Assembly (NCBI GenBank): GCA_964487895.1
Contig: CAZASM010000002.1
Coordinates: 1 to 61,865, forward strand
Length of the DNA: 61,865 bases
From: an uncultured Gammaproteobacteria bacterium
Lineage (GTDB): Bacteria > Patescibacteriota > Patescibacteriia > UBA1558 > 2-01-FULL-52-15
Direction: 5' to 3'
Shown: piece by piece, positions 10,087-18,522 of the stretch
Layout of the letters: every line of letters begins with the position of its first letter
Position numbering within the stretch: the stretch's first letter is position 1
Program-made: the position numbers and the translations under genes
Notes under the pieces: generated by a model
Databases searched by the model: none
Told to the model about the DNA's origin: nothing
Seen by the model: only the letters and a program-made list of their open reading frames with translations

Positions 10087-10560
10087 TCACTGTGTGACCC
10101 CAAAAAACGTGAATGTCAGAATTAGTAGCTGTACAATATACGAGATCTCGGCTGATTCACAAGGAGCGCAGTATCGTCGTGCTACGGCACGACAATAACT
10201 TCGAGTCCCCCATAAAACCAATAATAGTAGAGCTGTAACCAGTAACCACGCCGCACCGAATGTAATAATGTAAGCCGGTGAGGGTGGTATTGTAACTCTA
10301 GCTATCTCAGGTAGAATGACAAATCCTAACAGCTCAGCCACCAATGTGACTAGGATTGCTGCACCTGCTGGGTTCGTAAAAGGAAAAACCGCGTCCTCCT
10401 TAACAACGGCGGAAAAAAACAAGATAACAGCTGTGGCGAAAATCATCGTGAGCACATAGGTTGTCCAGACAGCCACCCCTTTGTTTACGGGGAGAATTGA
10501 GAAGTACAACCACAGGATAACCAGCGTTACGCCTAGCTGCCAGAAAAAAATCTTACGCAT
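10087..10560 (-). CDS. Hypothetical integral membrane protein (157 aa)
   Basis: Four or five hydrophobic helices. No family recognised. Confidence 0.45.
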   Translation of the reverse strand: MRKIFFWQLGVTLVILWLYFSILPVNKGVAVWTTYVLTMIFATAVILFFSAVVKEDAVFPFTNPAGAAILVTLVAELLGFVILPEIARVTIPPSPAYIITFGAAWLLVTALLLLVLWGTRSYCRAVARRYCAPCESAEISYIVQLLILTFTFFGVTQ

Positions 10561-10727
10561 TCTAATCCTCCTGGTTTGAATTCACAAAACATCTAACAAA
10601 GAACGGTATTTAGCATATTAGGATGTCTAGTAGCACCTGTCAAATATGTAATGGGGCTAAAACTTGACGAAAAGCATAGAATATATTAAACTACTTTCAC
10701 TGTATTATTATTTACTAATTTACTGAC

Positions 10728-11000
10728 ATGGCACATAAGAAAGCCGGAGGATCCACAAGTTTGGGTCGAGACTCCAAAGGACAACGTCTAGGTGTGAAGC
10801 TTTTCGCTGGAGAAGTTGCTCAACCAGGTTCAATTATCATTAGACAACGAGGTACTAAGTTTCACGCTGGTAACAATGTGAAACAAGGTAGCGATTATAC
10901 ACTGTATGCTTCTAAGAAAGGCGTTGTCGCCTTCCGTAGCTTGAAACGCAAGAAGTTCGACGGTAGTATCAAATTGACCAAGTACGTCGACGTCAAATAA
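10728..11000 (+). CDS. rpmA: 50S ribosomal protein L27
   Basis: [24 protein letters not shown]...[12 protein letters not shown] is the canonical L27 sequence. Confidence 0.95.
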   Translation: MAHKKAGGSTSLGRDSKGQRLGVKLFAGEVAQPGSIIIRQRGTKFHAGNNVKQGSDYTLYASKKGVVAFRSLKRKKFDGSIKLTKYVDVK

Positions 11001-11004
11001 TTAT

Positions 11005-11036
11005 AAAAAAACTGAGTTTCACGACCCAGTTTTTTT
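11005..11036. terminator. Weak bidirectional terminator between the convergent rpmA and ftsX
   Basis: An A7 run, a short imperfect hairpin (CTGAG...CCCAG), then a T7 run. The stem is AT-rich and weak. Confidence 0.4.
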
Positions 11037-11042
11037 ATTATT

Positions 11043-11948
11043 CTAAACTTTGAGATAGCGACGGAGAGCTACAGTAGTTGCAATAGTATTGATAATAGCA
11101 ATACCGAGAAACTGTGGGCCAAACAGTAGCCAAAAGTTTTGTTGGTAATATCCCACGAGATCTAGGTTCATACCTTCTACTATTCCATAGTTAATCAGGT
11201 TAGTAAAACGGAAGCCCGCATACAACAGTAAAAATGTTATCATCGTGGCTGCTAAAGCGTAGAAAATTGTTTCCAGTAAAAAAGGTGCGCGAACAAACCA
11301 ATTTGTGGCTCCTACCAACTTCATAATCCCTACTTCTTCGCGCTGCGTATAGACGCTGACACGGATTGTATTGAACACCACAACAATACCCAGCAAGAGG
11401 AAAATAAGAGCTACTATTAGTCCGAAGGTATTTATTTGGTTAATTACTTTCTCCGCTTGATCGAAAAAATTGTGGTAATCATTAAATATTGGATCTTCCA
11501 CCAAGGGTGCAGATGAGGATTGTTTAATCTGCTCAATGATAGCTTGATAATCTTTTGCTTCTTCAGCTCCTACTTGTAGTTGATAACCTAAGGGATTCTG
11601 TCCAATTGCCGGTATGACGTCACTGCCGATTTTTGGAAAGGCTTTTTTGAAATTTTCTAGATGTTGCTCTGGTGTTACAATTACAACACTTTTGACTTGT
11701 TGGTTTCTTTTTAATAGATCTGCCAATTGTTCAGCATCCTTCTGGGTGCTGTTTTGTTTGAAATCTACGGTGACGTTAATTTTGGTTTGGGCACTTTTCA
11801 AGAGCTCATTTTTTGCATAGTTTACGCTGATGACCAGATTAACTGCTATGAGCATGATTACAAGAATAGTCAAAGTCACAGCCGATAACCAAGCGTTACG
11901 GATGAAGTTTTGACCAGCAAAATGGAAGATGCGTTTGAGACGAATCAT
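11043..11948 (-). CDS. ftsX: Cell division permease-like protein FtsX
   Basis: 301 aa with an N-terminal TM segment, an extracellular domain and a C-terminal FtsX 3-TM module. Immediately downstream of ftsE. Confidence 0.85.
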   Translation of the reverse strand: MIRLKRIFHFAGQNFIRNAWLSAVTLTILVIMLIAVNLVISVNYAKNELLKSAQTKINVTVDFKQNSTQKDAEQLADLLKRNQQVKSVVIVTPEQHLENFKKAFPKIGSDVIPAIGQNPLGYQLQVGAEEAKDYQAIIEQIKQSSSAPLVEDPIFNDYHNFFDQAEKVINQINTFGLIVALIFLLLGIVVVFNTIRVSVYTQREEVGIMKLVGATNWFVRAPFLLETIFYALAATMITFLLLYAGFRFTNLINYGIVEGMNLDLVGYYQQNFWLLFGPQFLGIAIINTIATTVALRRYLKV

Positions 11949-11950
11949 AA

Positions 11951-12631
11951 TTATAATAAATATTTACCCTTTTTTTGATCAGAGATGACGAAGCCTTTTT
12001 CCATGGTAATGACTCTTTGTTTCAAACCATTAACAACTTCTCTGTTGTGAGTGACTAAGAGTATTGTTGTACCCATCTCATTGATATGTAGCAAAAGATC
12101 AATAATCTCTCTAGTATTAATCGCATCAAGGTTACCGGTCGGTTCGTCGGCCACAAGAAGCTTTGGTTTGTGAACCAAGCTGCGAGCAATAACAACTCTT
12201 TGTTGTTCGCCTCCTGAGAGCTGCTTGGGATAGCGGTCAGCCTTATCGTGAATGTTGACCATTTTCAAGATTTTCGGCACTGTCACAGAGACTTCGTTTT
12301 CTTTGACACCACAAACCTCAAGAGCAAAGGCCACATTCTCATAGACGGTTTTTTTTGGTAACAGCTTGAAATCTTGGAAAATTACACCTATTTGCTTGCG
12401 TAAAAAAGGTACTTCAGACCGCTTGATTTGAGTAATGTCCCAACCACCTATGCTGATGGTACCTACTGTAGGTTTCTCCTCAGCGATTATCATTTTTATC
12501 AACGTCGACTTACCGGCTCCACTCTGGCCAACGATAGAGACGAATTCACCAGGCTCGATATCCAAAGTAATATCGCTTAAAGCCTTGATTTTAGGCTTGT
12601 AAATTTTTGATAAATTAGAAATGTTAACCAT
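11951..12631 (-). CDS. ftsE: Cell division ATP-binding protein FtsE
   Basis: Walker A GQSGAGKST, ABC signature LSGGEQQR and Walker B LLVADEPT. Confidence 0.9.
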   Translation of the reverse strand: MVNISNLSKIYKPKIKALSDITLDIEPGEFVSIVGQSGAGKSTLIKMIIAEEKPTVGTISIGGWDITQIKRSEVPFLRKQIGVIFQDFKLLPKKTVYENVAFALEVCGVKENEVSVTVPKILKMVNIHDKADRYPKQLSGGEQQRVVIARSLVHKPKLLVADEPTGNLDAINTREIIDLLLHINEMGTTILLVTHNREVVNGLKQRVITMEKGFVISDQKKGKYLL

Positions 12632-13649
12632 CTATTTTTTCTATTGAAACGTATATTTCTCCTGCTCCTGTAGAACCTAGTTGTTTAAAAGCCTTTTTAT
12701 CTAAATCAATAATTCTGCCTGTTTTTAGCTCCGGACCGAAATCATTGACTGTGACAATAATACTGGTGCCTGTTTTTAGTCGCGTCACTTTTAGCTTTGT
12801 GCCTTTAGGATAATCTCTGGAAGCAGTAAAGTTTCCTCCTTGATATTTAAAACTCTTATAACGTGATTGATCATACCAACTTGCCACGCCATCAGTAGAG
12901 CCAGAACGGTTGAAAACAGCTACGATTGGTTGAGCTACGTCTGTAGTAAAATATACTTGATGATTACGGACATCATTGTATGTCGGTAACATTTGCCATG
13001 ATTGCAACTCTGACTGATACTGATAAGCTATTTGAGAACCGACACCGCTATAAGTATAACCCAAAACTCCAACGAGTGAAAGTTTATTGGGGTTGGAGAT
13101 ATTATAGGTCGGGGAAATTTGCACTAAATTTTCATTATTGTACGTTCGAAAATCCTTCTCGGCAGTCACTTGATCCACGTTGGTACTAGCAGAGAGAATA
13201 ATATCTGTACCTGTACGGTATTTTTTCAAACTTGTTGGACCTACAACCACAGTTGGAGCAGGAGTTTGGATATTTGACTGCTTTAGATCGCCTGTTAGTT
13301 TGATTGTTAACCGATGTTCAGTTGAAATTAGATCGCCAGCGATAATCGGCAGTTGTGAGTTGTATGTGATAGTATCCTTGTTGAGGAAATGTAACTTGAA
13401 TTGGACAGCACTATCCAGAGGAAAAATATTTATTTGCAGCTTGTCAGGTGAGGAAATGGTTTCTAGAAATATGCGTTCAGAATCAGCGCTAAGAACAGTA
13501 ACCTCCAGTCCTTGACTAATCGTCGTAGTAGTATTACTTTGATTCAGTGGCAGTTCAATAATTGCTGCTTGTGCTGGTGTAATAGCCGAAAGCAAATAGC
13601 CAGAAGCTAAGCACACTGTCAGTAAGATAGATAAGTATTTATTAGTCAT
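12624..13649 (-). CDS. Secreted RlpA-like double-psi beta-barrel (DPBB) protein
   Basis: C-terminal ASWYD...GGNFTAS...VTVNDFGP...IDLDKKAF pattern. I moved the start to MTNKYLSILL (ATG at 13647-13649) because the longer track ORF overlaps tRNA-Thr. Confidence 0.7.
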   Translation of the reverse strand: MTNKYLSILLTVCLASGYLLSAITPAQAAIIELPLNQSNTTTTISQGLEVTVLSADSERIFLETISSPDKLQINIFPLDSAVQFKLHFLNKDTITYNSQLPIIAGDLISTEHRLTIKLTGDLKQSNIQTPAPTVVVGPTSLKKYRTGTDIILSASTNVDQVTAEKDFRTYNNENLVQISPTYNISNPNKLSLVGVLGYTYSGVGSQIAYQYQSELQSWQMLPTYNDVRNHQVYFTTDVAQPIVAVFNRSGSTDGVASWYDQSRYKSFKYQGGNFTASRDYPKGTKLKVTRLKTGTSIIVTVNDFGPELKTGRIIDLDKKAFKQLGSTGAGEIYVSIEKIDG

Positions 13650-13658
13650 AGTTATTAG

Positions 13659-13734
13659 GCCAATGTAGCTCAACTGGTAGAGCAATGGTATCGTAAACCA
13701 TAGGTTGGAGGTTCAAGTCCTCTCATTGGCTCCA
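13659..13734 (+). tRNA. tRNA-Thr (anticodon CGU), CCA encoded
   Basis: Hand-folded cloverleaf. Acceptor GCCAATG/CATTGGC, D stem GCTC/GAGC, anticodon stem ATGGT/ACCAT with loop ATCGTAA, T arm GGAGG-TTCAAGT-CCTCT, discriminator T plus CCA. 76 nt. Confidence 0.9.
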
Positions 13735-13765
13735 GAATCTAGTTAGTAAAATTTAACTAGCGTAT

Positions 13766-14626
13766 TTATTTAGCCGCCACTGTGGGTGGTTTTTTGATAT
13801 ACCAATGTTCAGATGCCTTAGCTAGCGCTTCATTCAATTTTTCTTGAAAGATTGTAGTTGGAATAAATAGTTCGTGAAGTTGATAATAAGTACCTTTTGC
13901 ATCATCTTCAATTATACTTTTGACTTGGAAGAGACGATAACCATCCGCGTTCGCGACAATAGCACTAATACCACCTACTGGAACTGATAGGATGTGCTCA
14001 TAATCCCCTGTTAAGTCAGTTTTCAGCACTATATGCTCTACCGGATCTTGTCCAGTGATTTTTGTAGCTTCAGTATCAAATGACTTTGGCTCCTTGGTTA
14101 GCTGTTCTCGTAGTTGAGAAATTTTATCTCTGTCGGCATTGGCAGTATTAAATATATAATATTTTTGTAACTGTAATCTATTGTAGTATGGTACTACTAC
14201 TCTACGAGTAAAGTCAGCAATGCTATAACCGAATGTTTTTTGCACCTCTTGTTCGCTTAATGTCTGATCATTAGCGCCTCGAAGTAAATTTGCTTGCAAA
14301 GTAGCTATGTCGCTATCTTTGATCTCTAGCTTTAACTCTTTAATTATTGAAGTAATAGTACCTTCTTGTTTTAATTTTTCTACAATGATGGTATTTTTCT
14401 GATCCGTTGTTAAACCTTTGGTCTCTTCAACTGTGTTAATTGATTTTTGGTCAGCTAATAAATCTGCCACTGAGAAAGTGGTTTGATTAATACGTACTGC
14501 TGGCAGTCCGATAGCTGCTGACAGCCGAAGGCCCACAGGATTTGGCCAAACAAAATACTCCAGAGCAACAAATAATAGAGCCAAGAAAAATATAGAACTA
14601 ACTGCAATTAATAAATATTTTTTCAT
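13766..14626 (-). CDS. Hypothetical membrane-anchored periplasmic protein (possibly SurA/PpiC-chaperone-like)
   Basis: N-terminal signal anchor MKKYLLIAVSSIFFLALLF. The chosen start overlaps the upstream stop in an ATGA coupling. The family assignment is weak. Confidence 0.45.
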   Translation of the reverse strand: MKKYLLIAVSSIFFLALLFVALEYFVWPNPVGLRLSAAIGLPAVRINQTTFSVADLLADQKSINTVEETKGLTTDQKNTIIVEKLKQEGTITSIIKELKLEIKDSDIATLQANLLRGANDQTLSEQEVQKTFGYSIADFTRRVVVPYYNRLQLQKYYIFNTANADRDKISQLREQLTKEPKSFDTEATKITGQDPVEHIVLKTDLTGDYEHILSVPVGGISAIVANADGYRLFQVKSIIEDDAKGTYYQLHELFIPTTIFQEKLNEALAKASEHWYIKKPPTVAAK

Positions 14627-15021
14627 TTGAGAAAATAGTTCCACCAGAGCTGCGTATTAGACATAGCCGCTTGTGCGGTTGGTATTGTTGATGAGGCGTT
14701 TTCAACAACAACAAGGGATTCTCCGTTTTTACTTAAGTTCAGCTTTTTCCGTGCTTCTGATTCTACATAATTTGTTGTGTTCAAAACCTGAATTAAACTA
14801 GACAGATCAATATTCTCTTGTTCCAGTTTTGCAATCTGCTCTTCTTTCTTCTTAATCTCGTTACTAATCTTATTCTTTCTACCTATTTCATTAAGCAATT
14901 CTAAAGAACTAATAGCAAATAGAATAACTATAATAATAAAAAAAATCTTCGATTTTAATAAGCGACCAAAGAAATTACTGTGTTCAGTTCCCATGCTAAT
15001 AGTATACAGATTATAGGTCAA
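14623..15021 (-). CDS. Septum formation initiator (FtsB/DivIC-like) protein
   Basis: A single TM segment followed by a coiled coil (KKKEEQIAKLEQENIDL) and the YVESEARKKLNL motif typical of FtsB/DivIC. The exact start is uncertain. Confidence 0.6.
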   Translation of the reverse strand: MTYNLYTISMGTEHSNFFGRLLKSKIFFIIIVILFAISSLELLNEIGRKNKISNEIKKKEEQIAKLEQENIDLSSLIQVLNTTNYVESEARKKLNLSKNGESLVVVENASSTIPTAQAAMSNTQLWWNYFLK

Positions 15022-15158
15022 ATTTTCAATCTAGGCAGTATCCTATTAATTGGGTATACTGTAATAATGAAAAAAAGAAATATTATTCGACTGGTCTGGA
15101 TTGTCTTGTCCTTTATGGTAATTATCTCGATGGTACTGTTATCCTTTGTAGGCTCGCT

Positions 15159-16925
15159 TTAACGTTTCAGTATCGTTAGATAGGCGCTTGTCGGAATTTC
15201 AACATTACCAGTTTCCATCATTCTTTTTTTACCTTTTTTCTGCTTATCGAGCAGTTTTCTTTTTCGTGTCACGTCCCCACCGTACAATTTAGCCGTGACA
15301 TCCTTACGCAAAGCCGAGATACGCTCTGAAGCAACAATTTTACCACCGATAGCAGCTTGAATCTTAATAATAAACTGTTTTTTAGGAATTACATCCTTTA
15401 ATTGAAAAACAATTTTTTTGCCGATTTCTTGAGCTTGAGAGCGGTAAACCAACGAAGTTAAGGCTGGCACCGGCTCCTCCGCCACCAAAATATCAAGTTT
15501 TACTACGTCACAAACTTCATAGCCAGTAACTTCATAATTGTAAGAAGCATAACCAGAGGAAATATTCTTAATTTTGTCATAGAAGTCGGTGAGAATACTG
15601 CTTAAAGGTATGTGATACTGCAAAAGTACTCTTTGTTCATCTAAAAAAGTAGTGTTCATCAACTTACCAAACATAGTAGAGATATAATTCATTAAACTTC
15701 CCATGTAAGGCTGGGGAGTTAAAAGATGTAAAATTGCCAGAGGTTCTGAGATAGTATCGATACTACTAGGATCAGGTAGTGAGCTGGCTGAAGTAATAGT
15801 TAATACAGCTTTAGAGTTTAACAGTACTTGATAAGCTACTGAAGGTGCGGTAATAATTATTTGTAAAGAAAATTCACGTAATAAACGTTCCTGAAATATT
15901 TCTAAATGTAGCAACCCTAAAAAGCCGCAGCGGAAACCAAATCCCAGAACTGGGGAATTTTCTGGTTCGAATTGCAGACTGGAATCGTTGAGCTTTAGCT
16001 TTAGTATAGCTTCACGCAATTGATTATAATCAGCTCCATCTTCTGGGAATATTCCTGCGTAAACCATAGGTTTGACCTCTTTATAGCCGGGTAAAGCCAC
16101 TACAGCCCCTGTCAGCTCACTAGTAATGGTGTCACCCACCTTGGCGTGGTCAATAGCTTTAATATTTGTTATGACATAGCCAATTTGCCCTGCTGCTAGA
16201 ACGTCCGTTGCTGACATCTGCGGTCGGAATCGTCCAACCTCTAGCACTTCCGCTCGAGCATCATTGGCTAGAAAACGAATTGTATCTCCACACTTTAAGC
16301 TGCCAGACATTATCCGTAAGTAGATAACGATACCTTTGAACTCATTATATAAAGAGTCGAATATCAGTCCCTTGGTTGTGTCCACCGGAATCTTTGGACT
16401 CGGTACTCTCTCAACGATTCGGTCTAATAGGTCTGTAACTCCTTCGCCTGTTTTCGAGGAGATGGCTAAAATATCGTCTTCTGTACATCCTAATAATGTT
16501 ATAATTTCCTTTTTGGTCGCTGCGACATCGGCAGCTGGTAAATCTATTTTATTGACGACAGGAATAATTGTCAGATTTTGATCCATAGCCAAAAAAAGGT
16601 TAGATAATGTCTGCGCTTGGATACCTTGAGTAGCGTCAACTAATAAAACTGCGCCTTCGACAGCAGCTAAAGAGCGAGAAACTTCATAAGTAAAGTCAAC
16701 ATGGCCAGGGGTGTCAATTAAATTCAGTTCAACACCTTTCCAGCGCATCGTAACTGGTTGCAGTTTAATTGTAATGCCTTTTTCCCGTTCGAGCTCCATT
16801 TGATCCAATAGTTGATCTTTCATATCACGCTCAGCGACTGTTCCTGTCAATTGAATAAAACGGTCAGCCAGAGTTGACTTACCGTGATCAATATGAGCAA
16901 TGATACAAAAGTTTTTAATTTCCAT
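15159..16925 (-). CDS. lepA: Translation elongation factor 4 (LepA)
   Basis: NFCIIAHIDHGKSTLADR, DTPGHVDF, NKIDL, and the LepA-specific C-terminal domain. Confidence 0.95.
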   Translation of the reverse strand: MEIKNFCIIAHIDHGKSTLADRFIQLTGTVAERDMKDQLLDQMELEREKGITIKLQPVTMRWKGVELNLIDTPGHVDFTYEVSRSLAAVEGAVLLVDATQGIQAQTLSNLFLAMDQNLTIIPVVNKIDLPAADVAATKKEIITLLGCTEDDILAISSKTGEGVTDLLDRIVERVPSPKIPVDTTKGLIFDSLYNEFKGIVIYLRIMSGSLKCGDTIRFLANDARAEVLEVGRFRPQMSATDVLAAGQIGYVITNIKAIDHAKVGDTITSELTGAVVALPGYKEVKPMVYAGIFPEDGADYNQLREAILKLKLNDSSLQFEPENSPVLGFGFRCGFLGLLHLEIFQERLLREFSLQIIITAPSVAYQVLLNSKAVLTITSASSLPDPSSIDTISEPLAILHLLTPQPYMGSLMNYISTMFGKLMNTTFLDEQRVLLQYHIPLSSILTDFYDKIKNISSGYASYNYEVTGYEVCDVVKLDILVAEEPVPALTSLVYRSQAQEIGKKIVFQLKDVIPKKQFIIKIQAAIGGKIVASERISALRKDVTAKLYGGDVTRKRKLLDKQKKGKKRMMETGNVEIPTSAYLTILKR

Positions 16926-18511
16926 TAGGAGTTAGAAAAAACGGTTTTAATTTGTTTCAGGTATTTTTTAAAGTAGGACTGAGCAAAAGCAATTTCTGGA
17001 AAATTTGCTACTAAAGTAATCAGTCCGTAAGTAATCAATCCTACAGTACCTGCTAGCAGTCCCTGCATGAAGATGCCTGCGAAAGTTCTAGTATCAAGTA
17101 GATTAGCCAAAGGGTAGAGCGTGACATAGGTCACTAAGCCTGCAGCGCAAGCTGCCAAGCCAATGCGCAGAATAGAGCTGAATAGCTCTTTCTCTGGTAT
17201 CGCTTTGATTCGAAGGTGCAGAATAATTGCTAAAGTAACCAGAGTGGCGATACTGGCAATACTGAAAGCAGCTGCCAGACCTAGCACTTCGAACTTACTT
17301 GCTAGTAGAATAGCCAATATACTATTAAAAACCGTACTAATCAAGCCCACAACCATTGGGGTTTTTGTGTCCTCATGGGCATAGAAGGCTTGACTGACTA
17401 AAGGTATTAATCCTTGAGCAAAGATTGAAACTGCAAAAATTCCTAAAGTATTAGCTGTTAACTTGGTATCGGTCCAATCAAATGAACCACTTCCAAGAAT
17501 AACTCGAACCAGCTGGGCTCTAAGTATCAAAATCAATACCGAGATAGGAATAATAAAATATAAAATACGTCGAAACTGAAGCGAAAATATTTTTTGAAAG
17601 GCAGCGTGATTATTTTCAGAAGCAAACTTAGTAATATGAGGAAAGCTAGCCACTGCCAAAGAGATACCAAAAATACTACTAGGGAAGCTCTGGAGATTAC
17701 TAGCTAAATTAAATATTGATAAACTTCCTTGCGGTAATTGTGAAGCAATAGCTGTAATAAATACTAGATTGAATTGAGTAGCGCCAGAGCCAATCATGCG
17801 TGGTAGCATCAGCTTAAAGATCCTTTTGACCTCCGGTACTAAATGAAAAATGACTTTGTATCTCCAGCCCAATCTATATGCTTCAGCAAATTGAACTAAA
17901 AAATGAGCAGCAGCACCCAAAACAACGCCCCAAGACAACCCGGCTATGCCAAATAACGGATACAAAAAAACTATTCCAATAATGATGCCTAAATTATAAA
18001 GAACTGAACTAATAGAGAAAGTTAGGAAACGGTTCCAGGCGTTTAACACCCCACTCATGACATTACTAGCAGTAAAAAATATAATTGCCAACAAAAGAAT
18101 TCGAGTCAAGTCAACAGTCTGATTCAGTTGTTCGCTAGTAAATCCAGGAACTAGTAGTTTCATCAGCGGAAACATAAATATGGCCGCTAAGACCGCTAAG
18201 CTGCCGACTATCAAAAGTAAAATAGTCAGAATTGTTTGTGAAACCTCTAAACCGCGCTGTGGATCTTTGTTATATGTTTTTTGAAATACTGGTATGAAAG
18301 CAACAGATAAGGCCCCGAGGATTAATATATTAAAAATAAAATCCGGTATTTTAAAAGCAGCAAAATAGACATCCAATTGAGCGCCAGCACCAAATTGACT
18401 GGCCAAAAGACGATCGCGTAGCAACCCAAGTACTTTGCTAATAATCGAAAAGAAGGCAATTATTACTGCCCCTCCGCTGATAGTAGAGTTCAATCTGTGA
18501 AAAAGTTTCAC
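16925..18511 (-). CDS. murJ: Lipid II flippase MurJ
   Basis: 528-aa, about 14-TM MOP-family protein with the N-terminal LGLLRDRLLASQFGAG...DVYFAAFKIPD MurJ signature. Confidence 0.85.
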   Translation of the reverse strand: MKLFHRLNSTISGGAVIIAFFSIISKVLGLLRDRLLASQFGAGAQLDVYFAAFKIPDFIFNILILGALSVAFIPVFQKTYNKDPQRGLEVSQTILTILLLIVGSLAVLAAIFMFPLMKLLVPGFTSEQLNQTVDLTRILLLAIIFFTASNVMSGVLNAWNRFLTFSISSVLYNLGIIIGIVFLYPLFGIAGLSWGVVLGAAAHFLVQFAEAYRLGWRYKVIFHLVPEVKRIFKLMLPRMIGSGATQFNLVFITAIASQLPQGSLSIFNLASNLQSFPSSIFGISLAVASFPHITKFASENNHAAFQKIFSLQFRRILYFIIPISVLILILRAQLVRVILGSGSFDWTDTKLTANTLGIFAVSIFAQGLIPLVSQAFYAHEDTKTPMVVGLISTVFNSILAILLASKFEVLGLAAAFSIASIATLVTLAIILHLRIKAIPEKELFSSILRIGLAACAAGLVTYVTLYPLANLLDTRTFAGIFMQGLLAGTVGLITYGLITLVANFPEIAFAQSYFKKYLKQIKTVFSNS

Positions 18512-18522
18512 TAATTATTTCC

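Noticed and set aside
13650-13685. N-terminal extension (MLYQLSYIGLIT) of the RlpA-like ORF
   Set aside because: It overlaps tRNA-Thr on the opposite strand. The downstream Met gives a normal signal peptide.
14980-15162. Plus-strand small hydrophobic ORF, possibly the 31-aa peptide MKKRNIIRLVWIVLSFMVIISMVLLSFVGSL starting at 15067, in the ftsB-like/lepA gap
   Set aside because: It is plausible as a micro-membrane-protein, with a TATACT box just upstream. However, it has no SD, no conservation data, and it lies in AT-rich sequence where hydrophobic ORFs arise by chance. The evidence is not enough to call a gene.
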